NCBI GenBank assembly: GCA_050613775.1
Contig: JBODTK010000014.1
Span: 1,054,001-1,118,000 of the forward strand
Reading direction: 5' to 3'
Origin: Neocallimastix sp. 'constans'
Taxonomy: Eukaryota
DNA: 64,000 nucleotides
Shown: positions 12,231 through 24,400 of the stretch, piece after piece
Numbering within the stretch: position 1 is the first letter of the stretch
Layout of the letters: each line of letters begins with the position of its first letter
Notes under the pieces: generated by a model
The model's input: only the letters and a program-made list of their open reading frames with translations
Told to the model about the DNA's origin: nothing
Database searches by the model: none
Translations under genes and position numbers: made by a program

Positions 12231-12800
12231 TTATTTTTTAATTTTGAATTTAATTGTTCATTTACAGAGTTAATTTCATTATGTAAATTTGTATTTTTAC
12301 TTACAATTTCGTCATTTTTACCATTATTATTATTAATATTATTATTCACATTATTATTAAAATTTAACTCCTTACTTACATTTTTATTATTTAAATTTAA
12401 TTCTTTGTTTACATTTCTTAAACTATTATTTACTTTATTTAAATTTAAATTATCTTTAATTAAATTTTTTAATTCAAAATAATTGCCTTTATTACTAATA
12501 TTATTATTATTATCAATGTTATTTAATATTTCCTGATTTTTATTTAAATTGGTATTATTTCCTGAATTGTTTATTGCATGTTCCCGAATTTTATTTTGAT
12601 TATTTTTAAATTTTAAATTTGAATTTAAATTTTCATTGTTTATGTTTAAATTAGAATTATTATTATTAATTAAATTGTTTTTATTTTATCATTTTCAGAA
12701 AATAAATTATTATTATTATAATCCTTTAAATTATTATCATTTTCAAAATTTACATTTAAATTATTTAAATGACCACTTTGAAAATTTAAATGAGGATAAT

Positions 12801-14093
12801 TTAAAACAGGAGAAGAAAATTTTGTTTTAAATTATTATAATTATAATATAACAAATAATAATTTGGAGTATATTGGCCATAAAAATTTTTACCATAAATA
12901 GAAGGGTCATAATAATTTATATTACTATTATAGTAATATGGTAAATTATTTAAATTATTTATATTATTATTATTATTTTCATTTATAAAATTATTTATAT
13001 TATTATTTGTGTTATTTAAATCATTATTATTATTAGTATTCATATTGTTATTATTATTATAATTATTAGTATCATTATCGTTATTAATATTATTAATATT
13101 ATTATTGTCATTATTAATGTTATTAATGTTATTATCAGTATTATCAGTATTTAAATGAAAGTCGAAGTCATCATCATTACTGTCTCCCCCGATTTCATAA
13201 TATGGAGTAAAATTTATAAATTCAGGAATAGAAGAAGGAGAGTTACAATTACCGGGAGTATCCTCAAAAAAAGACAACCGAACGGGAAAGGATAACTTTA
13301 TTATTTGTAATAACGTATATTTTGTAAGTGGAGGGATTTTGATAATAACCGATAAAAGTACCTGGAAGAGCAGAGTTGACAATTTTTTACGGAATTGTTT
13401 TGGAACGTAATAGAAAACCTGACATCCAAAAACATTAAATTTTTTAAAGTCCACTTTTTCATTATATAAAAGTTTGTAAGGAATATTATTATTATTACCT
13501 TTATAGGGGATTCTATTATGTATATAATTAGCTGCAGTAATAACGTCCTCCCAAAACACATGATTTAAATGAGTGTCTTCTAACATTGCTCTAGCACTAG
13601 GTAATAAAGTTCCATGAAGACATTCAACTCTACCATTTTGTAGTGGGTTGTTAGGAATAGTATGTTCAAAAATAATACCGTTCATATTACAAAATTCATT
13701 AAATTTATTATTTATAAATTTGGTTCCATTATCCGAATGTAAATATTTTATAGTTTTATTAAAGATATTTTTAACTCTATTATACCAATTTAGAAAAATA
13801 TTAAAAACTTCACTCTTAGATTTACAAAAGATGATCCATCCGTATCTAGAATAGTCATCCAGAATAGTTAAAAAACATTTATTTCCATAAAGTGAACTTT
13901 TCTTCAAGGAGACTGTATCCATATGGACTCTCTCAAATGGCTCAGAAACCCTTCTTTCATTAGTATGGAACGGAAAATTTTTTAATTTAGAGTGGGCACA
14001 TATTTTACATTTATTTTTATTTTCAATTTTTGATAAAATATTTTTTAAACTATTAATATTAAAGTGACCTAATCTCCGATGCCATGTATTCAT
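12801..14093 (-). pseudogene. Copia-A GAG-pre-integrase plus integrase
   Basis: WHRRLGHFN...CKICAHSK...VHMDTV...ILDDYSRYGW...HSDNGTKF...PLQNGRVE. Confidence 0.9.
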
Positions 14094-15890
14094 ATTATCA
14101 TCTTTTTCAGATTCAGAAGAAATATTATTACATAGTAAGTTATTTGTAAATTCAATTTTTCTTTTAGATATCCATATAGTGTAAGTTCTAGATTCATTAG
14201 CACTTATACTGTATATTTTATTATTATTTTTGTTGTAAATAGTTACATTATTTTTATTGTTAATCTTTTGAAAAATTGTTTTGAAATATTGATCACTAAG
14301 ACAGTCTGTTGATATTAAATTCTTCTTGAATACAGGTACATATAAGACATTTTTTAAATTTATTTTATTATCATTAATGTATCCTTTATATGTTCCTTAA
14401 AATTTTGATTTTACATTTTCTCCATTTGCGAAATATATTCTTTTATTAAACTTTGTTATATTGGATAAACATTCTAAATCTCCGGTCATACGGTAGGTAG
14501 TTCCGGAATCAAGTGTCCAAGCGTTCAATTTGTTTTTATCATTTTTATTGTTTTTCTTATCTACTGATGAATTACTGCACGTGTGATATTTTAATTTTTG
14601 TATTGGCAAAAGGTTTTTTGAATAATTGCAAAAAATATTATTTGATTCAAAATTATATGAATCATTATAATCTTCGAAGAAATATTCTTCGTGTTTATCA
14701 ATATAATTTTTATTTACGTTATTTACTTCGGCATTTTTAACATTGTATTTTGTTTATATGGTGCCTCCCTCTATTGTAGTTATTTTGTTTTTGTTGATTC
14801 TTATTTCTTTTATTATTATTTTTGTAACTTATCTTTAAATCTGCATTAATCAGAAAAATTACCAAACCTTCCACAATTCTAACATTTAATATTATTTTTA
14901 TTTGATTTTTTTTGTTGATTATTATTATTATAATTTCTTGATTAATTATTACCATAATAGGTATTTCTTTTCTGATTTTGACTGTAATTATTACCTTTTT
15001 GATTTTGATTATAATTATTACTCTTTTTATTATTATTTTGATTACCACAAATATTATTAGAGTTAATTTTTGTTTCAACATTTAGTGAAGTAGAGGCTCT
15101 TTCTTCCTTTTTTAATAATAATTTCTTGTATGCTTTTTAATTATTGAGAAACTTTAATTAGATGTGAAGTTGTTTCTTCCCAGTTAGGTTCACAACTCAA
15201 GATATTTGATTTTATAGCTAAATCTTCTGGAATAGCACTATATAAATAAATAAATTTATCTTGATATTCTAATTTTTCTTTAAGATTTTCTAATTCCTTG
15301 AATTTTAAATTCATATAAGATATGAATATAGATAAAGCTCCATCATTATCTGGATCATATCTTAACTTTATTAGTTCTTCTTTAATTTCTTCTATTTTTC
15401 ACTTCTACTACGTTGATTTAATGTAGTTATTAATTTGAAAATTTCATATGCAGTTGATGATATAAAATCTATTTTACTTGCTAAATCATTGGAAATACTA
15501 TTCATGAGAAATTTCTTAGCGGTAGCGTCATCAGTAATAGATTTTTCTGAAGTATCTTCACTTTAGTAGATATCTGTTGTTCCATCAACTAAAGTTAATG
15601 ATTTCTTCTTTTCCTCACTAAGTTTATCACATGAAACTTTTTTAATTAATTCTCTTAGAACATGTTGTTCTAGTTTCTTTTCTTTTAGAAGCAAATATAA
15701 TTGTTGCTTCCATAATTTGTAGTTGGAACTATCTAAAATATCTTTAATTCCATTCTCCTCGTTATTACTCTTTTTATTTATTTAATTAAAATTTATTTCA
15801 CTCTAAAATACACTATTTAGAATTTTAAAACACACACTTTTTAAAATTTAAAAGCACATATATAAATTCACTATTATTAACGTAGAGTCT

Positions 15891-15904
15891 TGAGACTCTT
15901 AATC
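15891..15904 (-). promoter_or_regulatory. PBS GATTAAGAGTCTCA (half-tRNA-Lys type)
   Basis: Plus strand TGAGACTCTTAATC, directly next to the LTR end (TGTTAT at 15905). Confidence 0.85.
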
Positions 15905-16054
15905 TGTTATAAAATTACGCTTTATTTATTTATTATTAAAAGTTCCGTATATTAAAATATTACATTGTTGATTATTTATAACATACATTTTATAATAATT
16001 TTACATATATATATGTGTGGTATATATCATCAGATATAATATGCCACTAACATT

Positions 16055-16492
16055 TATATATATATTTTATATTTATGATTTTATAATTATTTATTATTAA
16101 CTATATTTATATTTATTAATTATATATTAATTTTATATTAACTATATTAAACTTATTTCTAACATAATTAAATAACAACTTAAATAAATCTTCTCCCAAC
16201 AATATATATATTTTATATTTATGATTTTATAATTATTTATTATTAACTATATTTATATTTATTAATTATATATTAATTTTATATTAACTATATTAAACTT
16301 ATTTCTAACATAATTAAATAACAACTTAAATAAATCTTCTCCCAACAATATATATATTTTATATTTATGATTTTATAATTATTTATTATTAACTATATTT
16401 ATATTTATTAATTATATATTAATTTTATATTAACTATATTAAACTTATTTCTAACATAATTAAATAACAACTTAAATAAATCTTCTCCCAAC
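16055..16492. repeat. Three identical-looking tandem copies of a 146-bp unit spanning the Copia-A LTR / target junction
   Basis: CTTCTCCCAAC ends at 16200, 16346 and 16492 (period 146). Confidence 0.9.
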
Positions 16493-18301
16493 AATAATTT
16501 GAACTTATTCATACTTTATCATTAACTATTTAATAATAATTTATTAATAAATATAAAATAAAAATAGAGATTATACAGAATATTTTATTGTGGTTTAAAT
16601 AAATTTAGTAGTTAAAAATAAAATTTAAATTGATAATAATATTTTAATAACTAATTAAATAGATTTGATTATTTTCAATATAAAATATTATATATGAATA
16701 TTAATATATTGGGTAGGCAAGGACAATATTCTTAGCTAAAAATTTTAATACAATATAATGGAATCTAATGGAATCGGATAGATGATTTAATAAGGAATTA
16801 TAATTTGATTGGTGATTTATTAACTTAATATTTTTATTTAGTAAGATTATATGAATATTGGAAAGTTCCAATTATATAGAATAGAATAATCTATAAAGTT
16901 AGAATAGTTTATATTATTATTCTAGCACAATTAGTATTATTAGTTCATTTTTATTACATCGTTATGCCTTGATTATCGTTACTCAATGGTGCTTACAGTA
17001 CCATGCAAAATAAATGTCACTGATTTGAATCTTACTTTTTACCTTTTTTGGAATAAATAATTTATTTAAATAATTAATATTCATACCCTTACTTTAGTTA
17101 TAAGTTTTATTTAAATTATTAATGTACAATTATTAATAACCAATCATGCAATTTTTATAATAGATTTTTGAATATAAAAAATTCATGAATTCTATTTTGA
17201 CTTTGATGTCGATAGTAACATATAATTAATAATAAATGAAATAACAATATAAAACCATAAATAATTATTATATTTTCTTATTTCTGTGTTATTTGTTTAT
17301 TATTAATCAACTACAATGACCTGGTGAGATTAAACCAATTCGCTACATGAAGAAATATCTAGAAATTTTAATAAATAAATGTTTAAATAATATTTTTTGT
17401 AAAATTAGAAATATATTAGAGTCAAACCCATAAAGTCCAGCTCAGTGATCATAGTGTTTAATCACTAAACCATGTATACTAAATTCACAAAGTAAAAGGG
17501 TAAGTTTAATATAAACTAAAATAACGAATAATAAATAATTAAAGGCTAAGATGATTCAACACCTCTCTATTGTACGAAATACTAATTTTAACTTTAAATA
17601 ATTGTTCTTTAAAATTAAAATATATAGCGCCGCACTATTTCATTCTATTCATAAATAGTTGGGTGGTCTTACACTATGTAGTTTATTTATTTTAAAATAA
17701 TTAATTTTTATTTAATATTATATTATTTGATATAATTTAATAGTAACGTTAGTGTGTTAACTAAACAATCACATGTTATATTTATACAAGAGATTATATT
17801 TAATAATTGGATACATAATTAATATATTTAAACTTTCAAATCATTTATTATAAAACTATCTAAAAATAAATTTAACTATATAAAGAAATTAATAAAAATA
17901 TAATAAATAGTTGTACATTTATCGTACAAAATTAAACTAAGATTTTACTTGATTAGCTAAAATTGCTAACTGTTTTAAGATAAATCACGTTACCACGATA
18001 ATATCATTGGATAGTTATCGTTTAACCATGTATCTGTTGCACACAAGTTGATGTAAAGAACTGAATTTAAACTTAATAAAATAATTCTTTCTACAATTAA
18101 TATTAATATTTAATGTTAATCGAGAAATTAAAAAAAAATACTTGTCAAAAAGAAGAGTGAATTATAAGATATTTAACACTGTAGATTAAAATAAAAATTT
18201 TTTAGTAAAAATTATTATAAAAATTTTATTTTTATTTTAAAAAATAACTTCTATTTTATTGTTTATTATAATTATTTTCTTATAATAAACTTTTGATTTT
18301 C

Positions 18302-18560
18302 TGTTAGAAATAAAGTTTAATATCTTAAATAATGACTAATAATTTAGTATGTGTAACTTAGATTAGTATATTTATTATAAAATAAAATTTGTATGTTATG
18401 TAAATGTTATGCATATATAATATACATTAGAAATTTACATGTACAAACAAATATGATTAAATCAAACTTTTAAGTAATGTAAATGATTATAATCTTAAAT
18501 TATATAATTAAAATTAATAATAACTTTTACTAATAATAAAAATTATTATATAATTAATAA
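18302..18560 (+). repeat. Probable Copia LTR remnant
   Basis: Starts TGTTAGAAATAAAGTTTAATAT, like the U3 ends of Copia A, B and D; 3' end and TSD not resolved. Confidence 0.5.
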
Positions 18561-18561
18561 A

Positions 18562-18820
18562 GTGATCCACGATTGTTTTCAGGTGATGGTTCTGAAACTG
18601 AACTCTTTTGTCAACTATGTGGTGACATATTTAAAATTTATCCATGTAAGTTTTGGCCTGAAGATTCAAAATTAACATTGTACAATAAAGAAGCTGCAAG
18701 AAGTTGGTATAAAACAAAATATTCCAATGGTCTTCCTGCTTCCTAATAGATTCTTCTTAATGAATTAAAAGAAGACTCTCGTGATGTCGTCAGCAAAAAG
18801 TTAAAAGAAAAATAATTTAG
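18562..18820 (+). pseudogene. Ty3/Gypsy-type gag (capsid) fragment
   Basis: Manual translation DPRLFSGDGSETELFCQLCGDIFKIYPCKFWPEDSK...AARSWY fits the P..FSG...F...C...F..YP..F..D..K...A..W pattern of Tf/PEG10-like capsids. Confidence 0.6.
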
Positions 18821-19173
18821 TAAATCTCAAACATTCCACAATATAAAATTAATTATATAGAAATATTGAATTTAATTAATTATAAATTATATAAAATAAT
18901 ATTATTATAGTATAAAATTTGGTTATTTTAATATAGACTTTTATTTTAATATTTATATAAAATATATAGTAATTATGATTTAATATAGAGATAATAAATA
19001 TAAAAAATAATTTTTTTAAAAAATTGCTATTGATATATATTAGTTAGTATTATTTGATTTAATATAATAAAAATGTTTCAATTACTTTAGTTAATAGTCT
19101 AGATATTAGTTTGTAACAATATCAAGAATCGTTATGGCTGCTAAAATGGTTCAATGATGTTAAGATAATAATT

Positions 19174-19367
19174 GAATTTCAATTCAATTTCAATTTCAAT
19201 TTCAATAATTCAGTTATTTGAATTTCAATTCAATTTCAATTTCAATTTCAATAATTCAGTTATTTGAATTTCAATTCAATTTCAATTTCAATTTCAATAA
19301 TTCAGTTATTTGAATTTCAATTCAATTTCAATTTCAATTTCAATAATTCAGTTATTTGAATTTCAAT
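19174..19367. repeat. 46-bp tandem repeat, 4 copies plus a partial
   Basis: Unit GAATTTCAATTCAATTTCAATTTCAATTTCAATAATTCAGTTATTT starts at 19174, 19220, 19266 and 19312; lies just after a TGTAAC...ATGGTTCAATG LTR-like start at 19112. Confidence 0.9.
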
Positions 19368-20603
19368 ATTAATAAATAATAATATATAATAATTATTATT
19401 AAATTAACTTTATTAAAATATTTAGGAAATAGCCTAGGTCAACTAATTGACTAAATATTATTAACACATTGAAATTAATATATATTAAATAATGTAAACA
19501 GTGATTGTCATATTAAATTAATTTCTATATTAATTTATTATCAAAATCTTTACATCTTTACATATTATATTTTAATTATAAAATATAATATTTAGCTATA
19601 TTAGATTCTTATATTTTGTTTATATTAAATATTTATATTATTATCTTATTTTATATTATCAATATCAAACTTCGGGGTAAATTATTAAGAACTGAGTTAA
19701 GTTAAAAAAATACTAAGATTAAATTCGATAGATAAAAAATATTAAATAATATCACAAAAAAATTTGTTTTTATAAAAGGTCTTTTGTTTTATTAATTAAT
19801 ATAAAAACATTAAAATTTAAAACACTTTTTATAAATTATATGAAAAAATTTTTCTCTTTTATACTTCTGAAAAATTAAAAGAGATTTATAAAATATTTTT
19901 TAATAAAATAAAATAAAATAATAACAATAGTAGTAATAATAATAATAATTGATAAATAATTTATAAAATTATTATAAAAGTAAAAAATACAGTTTGTTGG
20001 TATATAATACTTTGATTTTTATATATTGAATATTATTACCTGTTAAATATTAAATATTTTAATTTTTCTTCATTAGAGTAGTATTAATACTCTTGATGGA
20101 TTAATTATAGTTTTATCTATTTCTAATATGTAAACTTCTTATAAAAATTGATCTTTTTATTGAGAAGTAAAATTGGGAAAAAAAAAAAAAAAAAAGAGAG
20201 AGATTTCTAATTATTTGAAACATTATTTATTTTTATAGTATTTCATCTTTTTAATACACTGCTTAAATTGATCAATTTCAATTTTATTCTTTAATAATTC
20301 CTTTTATTTTTTTTAATAAGAATGATATATTAAAAATATCTTTTTAGTTAAATTACATGTATTAATGTAAGATATAATTTAGTGTTACATTATATTAACG
20401 TATTTCGTTATTACTAAACGCCACATTATATTCTATACTATTACATTAATTATAAATTATACTAATATTAATTATATATTTATAATTTTATATAAAATCA
20501 ATATTAAATATATTTATATTATTTATTTATAATTTATTATTTATATTTTATTATTTAATAATATTAAACTTTATTTCTAACATTCCTCCTAAAGTTTAAT
20601 ATT

Positions 20604-22031
20604 TTAAACTTTTGTTAATAATTCATTTCTAAATTTAGTCATTAAAGAACTATTTAAATATTTTGTAAAGCCGTCAGCTAAATTATCTTCTGATTTAATA
20701 TATTCAAGTTTTATTGTATTATTTTTAACTAGTTCTCTTACTTTACAATATCTAAGATCTATGTGTCTTGATTTTGGATTTATAGTTTCATTTTTAGCAT
20801 TAAAAATAGTAGCTTGATTATCAATATTGATTATTATATCTTTATAATTTAAATTTAGTTCTTTAAATAAATTTTTATACCATAAGCATTCTTTTGCGCA
20901 TTCCACTAAACTATAATATTCACTCTCGGCGGTAGATAAAGATATGCAGTGTTGTGCTTTCGAATACCAGCTGGTAGGTCCACTTCCAATTAATACCACA
21001 TGTCCTGACGTTGATTTTCTGGTTTCCTTATCACCAGCAAAATCTGCATCTACAAAAATTTTTAATTTATTATTATTTCTGGTATATTTTATGCCATAGT
21101 TAGAATTACCTTTTAAATATCTGAATATTTTTAAAACATTATTCCAGTCCTCATATGTTGGATTTTCGTTCTTACTCGCAGCCTTGCTTACAGAAAATAA
21201 TATGTCTGGCCTTGTATTAATTGCTAAGTATAGGGCTTGTTTGTATATAGTAAAAATAAATTTTTTATTTTTCAGGTCTTTTATTTCACTAGGTATAGTG
21301 TTATTTGATGGTTTTAAATTATCTGCATTAAATTTACTTAAAATTTTACTTACAAATCCTTTTTGATGAATAATATATCCATCATTGCATTTTACAATTT
21401 TTATACCTATAATGAAATTAGCTTGACCTAAGTCATTTAATTTATATTTATTTTGAATTGATTCTTTTACCTTTTTAATTTCTATATGAGTACCGGTGAT
21501 TAAAATATCATCAACGTATACACCTAATAAACATATTATATTATTATATTTATTCTTTTTTACGTATAAACATGGCTCACTTATTAATCTAGTAAAATTT
21601 AATTTTTTTAATGCATTATTTAATAACTCATTCCACATTCGACTCGATTGTTTTAATCCGTATAAGGCTTTATTTATTTTGAGAATACCTTTTCTATACA
21701 TTTCGTGACCTTCTGGTGCATACATATAAATATTCTCATCTAATTTCGCATTTAAATATGCAGTCTTTATATCAATTTGATATATGTCATAATTATTAAT
21801 TGCTGCAATTGCTGTGAGAATTCTTAATGAATTTTGTCTGAGTGTTGGTGAGAACGTTTCTTTATAATCAATACCTTCTTGTTGTGTGAACCCTCTAGCA
21901 ACTAGTCTTGCTTTTCTTTTAATAATATTACCTTTGTCATCATATTTATATTTGAAAACCCATTTAGGTGTAACTATATTTATTCTCTTAGGAACACCTT
22001 TTAATATTGTAAAAACATTTAAATTTTTCAT
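20604..22031 (-). CDS. Copia reverse transcriptase plus RNase H (open frame within a disrupted pol)
   Basis: KWVFKYK...KARLVARGFTQ...QIDIKTAYLN...LYGLKQ...VYVDDILI...FVDADFAGD...ESEY...IDNQ...HIDLRY...LADGFTK. Confidence 0.9.
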   Translation of the reverse strand: MKNLNVFTILKGVPKRINIVTPKWVFKYKYDDKGNIIKRKARLVARGFTQQEGIDYKETFSPTLRQNSLRILTAIAAINNYDIYQIDIKTAYLNAKLDENIYMYAPEGHEMYRKGILKINKALYGLKQSSRMWNELLNNALKKLNFTRLISEPCLYVKKNKYNNIICLLGVYVDDILITGTHIEIKKVKESIQNKYKLNDLGQANFIIGIKIVKCNDGYIIHQKGFVSKILSKFNADNLKPSNNTIPSEIKDLKNKKFIFTIYKQALYLAINTRPDILFSVSKAASKNENPTYEDWNNVLKIFRYLKGNSNYGIKYTRNNNKLKIFVDADFAGDKETRKSTSGHVVLIGSGPTSWYSKAQHCISLSTAESEYYSLVECAKECLWYKNLFKELNLNYKDIIINIDNQATIFNAKNETINPKSRHIDLRYCKVRELVKNNTIKLEYIKSEDNLADGFTKYLNSSLMTKFRNELLTKV

Positions 22032-22842
22032 GTTGTTTAATTCATTGTTGACAGCATCTATCCATTCATCTTTATCTTCTTTATTATAAATATCTTTAAA
22101 ATTGTAGGTTCTAAAGGCTTACATTCTACCACAGACAAACTTTCAATTATATCATTATATTAAATGATTTTAATTTCTTACTATTTGAATTAGAAATTAA
22201 ATTTGAATTAATTATTTTTCTTTTTCTTTTATTTTTTAAAATTTTTATTATAAATTTTTTAAATTATTAATATCATTATTTTTATAAAATTCATTATTAA
22301 TTTTATAATTTATGTTATTGTTATTTTTATTATTAATTATTATATTATTTTTATCATTATTTATTTTTAAATTTAAATTTTGGTCAGAATTGTTATGAAT
22401 TTCTTTTTGATGATATAAATTTGAATTAGAATTATTAATTTCATTGTCATTGACATTAATTTTGTTTAAATTATTATATAAATTAATATTTATATCATTG
22501 TTATTGTTATCCTGATAATTTATAATGTTATTATTATTGATGTTGTCTTTGTTTACATTTTGCAATTTTTGTTTGTTTATATTTGCATTATTAATATTAG
22601 GATTATGTTCATTTAAATAATTATTATTTTCATTGTTTAAATTATGTAAATTATTATTTTTAATAATGCCTACCTTATCCAAATTACTTACAATGTTTCC
22701 ATCATTAACATTTTTTAAATTGTTTTTTGAAAAATAATTATTTGTTAAATTGTTGTTTATTTTATCAATTGAATCAACATTTGAATTGAAGTTTAAATTA
22801 TTATTGGAATTATTATTTAAAACATTTAAATTATTTATATTA

Positions 22843-23279
22843 TTATTTAAATTGTTTTTTTAATGAGTAATTATTATAAAAATTATTTAAAATATTTTTA
22901 TTATATTCATTTAGAGAATTATTATAATTTTCATTTTGAATATAATAATTTGGGTCAATGGCCGGATTCAACATTTGAAATGGTCGATTGACCTTATAAT
23001 TTAAAGGCAAATAATAAAAATTTTCATTTATATTTTTATATTGGTCGTTTTGAAAATTTAATTTATTATTTGGGTTTAAATTATATTGATTAATATTATT
23101 ATTAATATATTGATCCGGATAAATTAAATTTTTATTTAAATTATTTTGATCCAAATTATTTAAATTATTAATATATTCAAAATTATTATTATAATTATAA
23201 TTCTCATTATTTTCTTTAATAAAATTATTATTATTAATATTATTATTAATATTATTATTATTATTAAAAGTGTTATTGA

Positions 23280-23310
<31 letters not shown>

Positions 23311-23354
23311 ATTATTGATATTATTATTATTATTATTATTATTAATATTATTGA

Positions 23355-23391
<37 letters not shown>

Positions 23392-24400
23392 GATATTATT
23401 ATTATTATTATTATTGATATTATTGATATTATTATTATTAATATTATTGAAATCTTCTGAAAGATTATCATCATCCATACTTCCTCCAATTTCGTTATAA
23501 GGTAAAAAATTGTAAATATCGGGAGGAGATGAAGGTGCAGATAAATTAGCAGGATAATCTTCAAAGAAAACAACGGCCTTTGAAAGTATAATTTTATTAT
23601 TACTTGGATCATAGATCCGATAAGCAGATGAATTAGTATCATATCCAAGAAAAATTCCTGAAAAAGTAGAGTTGGCAAATTTATCTCTAAATTGTTTAGG
23701 AATAAAATAGAAGGTTTGACAACCAAAGACTCTAAGTTTAGAATAATCAACCTTTTTATTATATAATACCTCAAAGGGCACTTTATTATTATTACCTTTA
23801 TGAGGGAGTCTATTATGAATATAATTAGCAGTATCAATAGCATCTTCCCAAAATTTATGATGGAGTTGTGCATCTTGTAACATTGCACGAGCAGTGAATA
23901 TTAAGGTTTGTTGAAACCTTTCAGCCTTCCCATTTTGTTGTGGATTATATGGAATACTATATAAGTGTGTAATTCCATTATCATCATAAAAATTATTAAA
24001 GTTAACATTATTCAATGCTGTTATCAGTTTTAATATATTTAATATTTTTATTGAAAATATTTTTAATTCTTTTGTACCATTTGATGAAGGTACTAAATAC
24101 TTCAGATTTATTTTTAATAAAGAAAACCCATCCATATCTTGAATAATCATCAAGAATTGTAAAGAAATATTTGTTTCCATGAATAGAGGTATCAGCGCTA
24201 TATACCGTATCCATGTGAATGACTTCAAATATTTCAGATGTTTTATTATTAGATGGATGATAAGGGAAATTTTTAAGCTTAGAACATGAACAAACTTTAC
24301 ATTTTTCATCAATTTTAATATTATCAAGTTTGTTCTTAATATTATTAATATTAAAATGACCTAAACGGCGATGCCAAAGGTCATAATTTTCATTATTATT
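22843..24400 (-). pseudogene. Copia-B integrase with frameshift and Asn-rich linker
   Basis: The DTV...ILDDYSRYGW frame (24008-24214) and the PQQNGKAER...GIFLGY frame are offset. Confidence 0.85.

Larger units (their letters stand above)
10637..16164 (-). mobile_element. Ty1/Copia element A (5' LTR, PBS, gag, PR, IN, RT; RNase H and 3' LTR deleted)
   Basis: LTR 15905-16164; PBS 15891-15904; gag from ~15773 (DSSNYKLWKQQL); WTLDSGTTY protease at ~14500; WHRRLGH plus integrase; RT (AIYVDDILI ~11120); ends at IFVDADLGG. Confidence 0.9.
6500..16521 (+). mobile_element. Gypsy-2: heavily deleted element hosting three nested insertions
   Basis: LTR end ...CTTCTCCCAACAA...TACTTTATCA at 6567 followed by a PBS; RNase H at ~7650-8065; integrase at ~10000-10637; a matching LTR end recurs at ~16456-16521. 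The 5' LTR start was not resolved. Confidence 0.65.

Noticed and set aside
11838..12482. Plus-strand ORFs of 214 aa and 137 aa with FEFKWLFTFNCL / LNLNGCLHLIVY repeats
   Set aside because: Antisense read-through of the 36-bp minisatellite in the Copia-A linker; not independent genes.
15891..15904. tRNA-Lys gene (TGAGACTCTTAATC) here and at the other PBS copies; tRNA-Ala gene at 26107
   Set aside because: Only 14-18 nt match, no D or T arms, and each directly abuts an LTR, so these are primer-binding sites.
16520..18300. Scattered GC-richer patches and a hairpin (ACGATAA...TTATCGT, ~17995-18021) as a possible Helitron end or ncRNA
   Set aside because: No CTRR terminus, no second copy and no recognisable coding or RNA-family signal; insufficient support.
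23160..23888. Poly-Ile and poly-Leu ORFs resembling membrane proteins
   Set aside because: Alternative frames of the (AAT)n Asn-rich linker of Copia-B.
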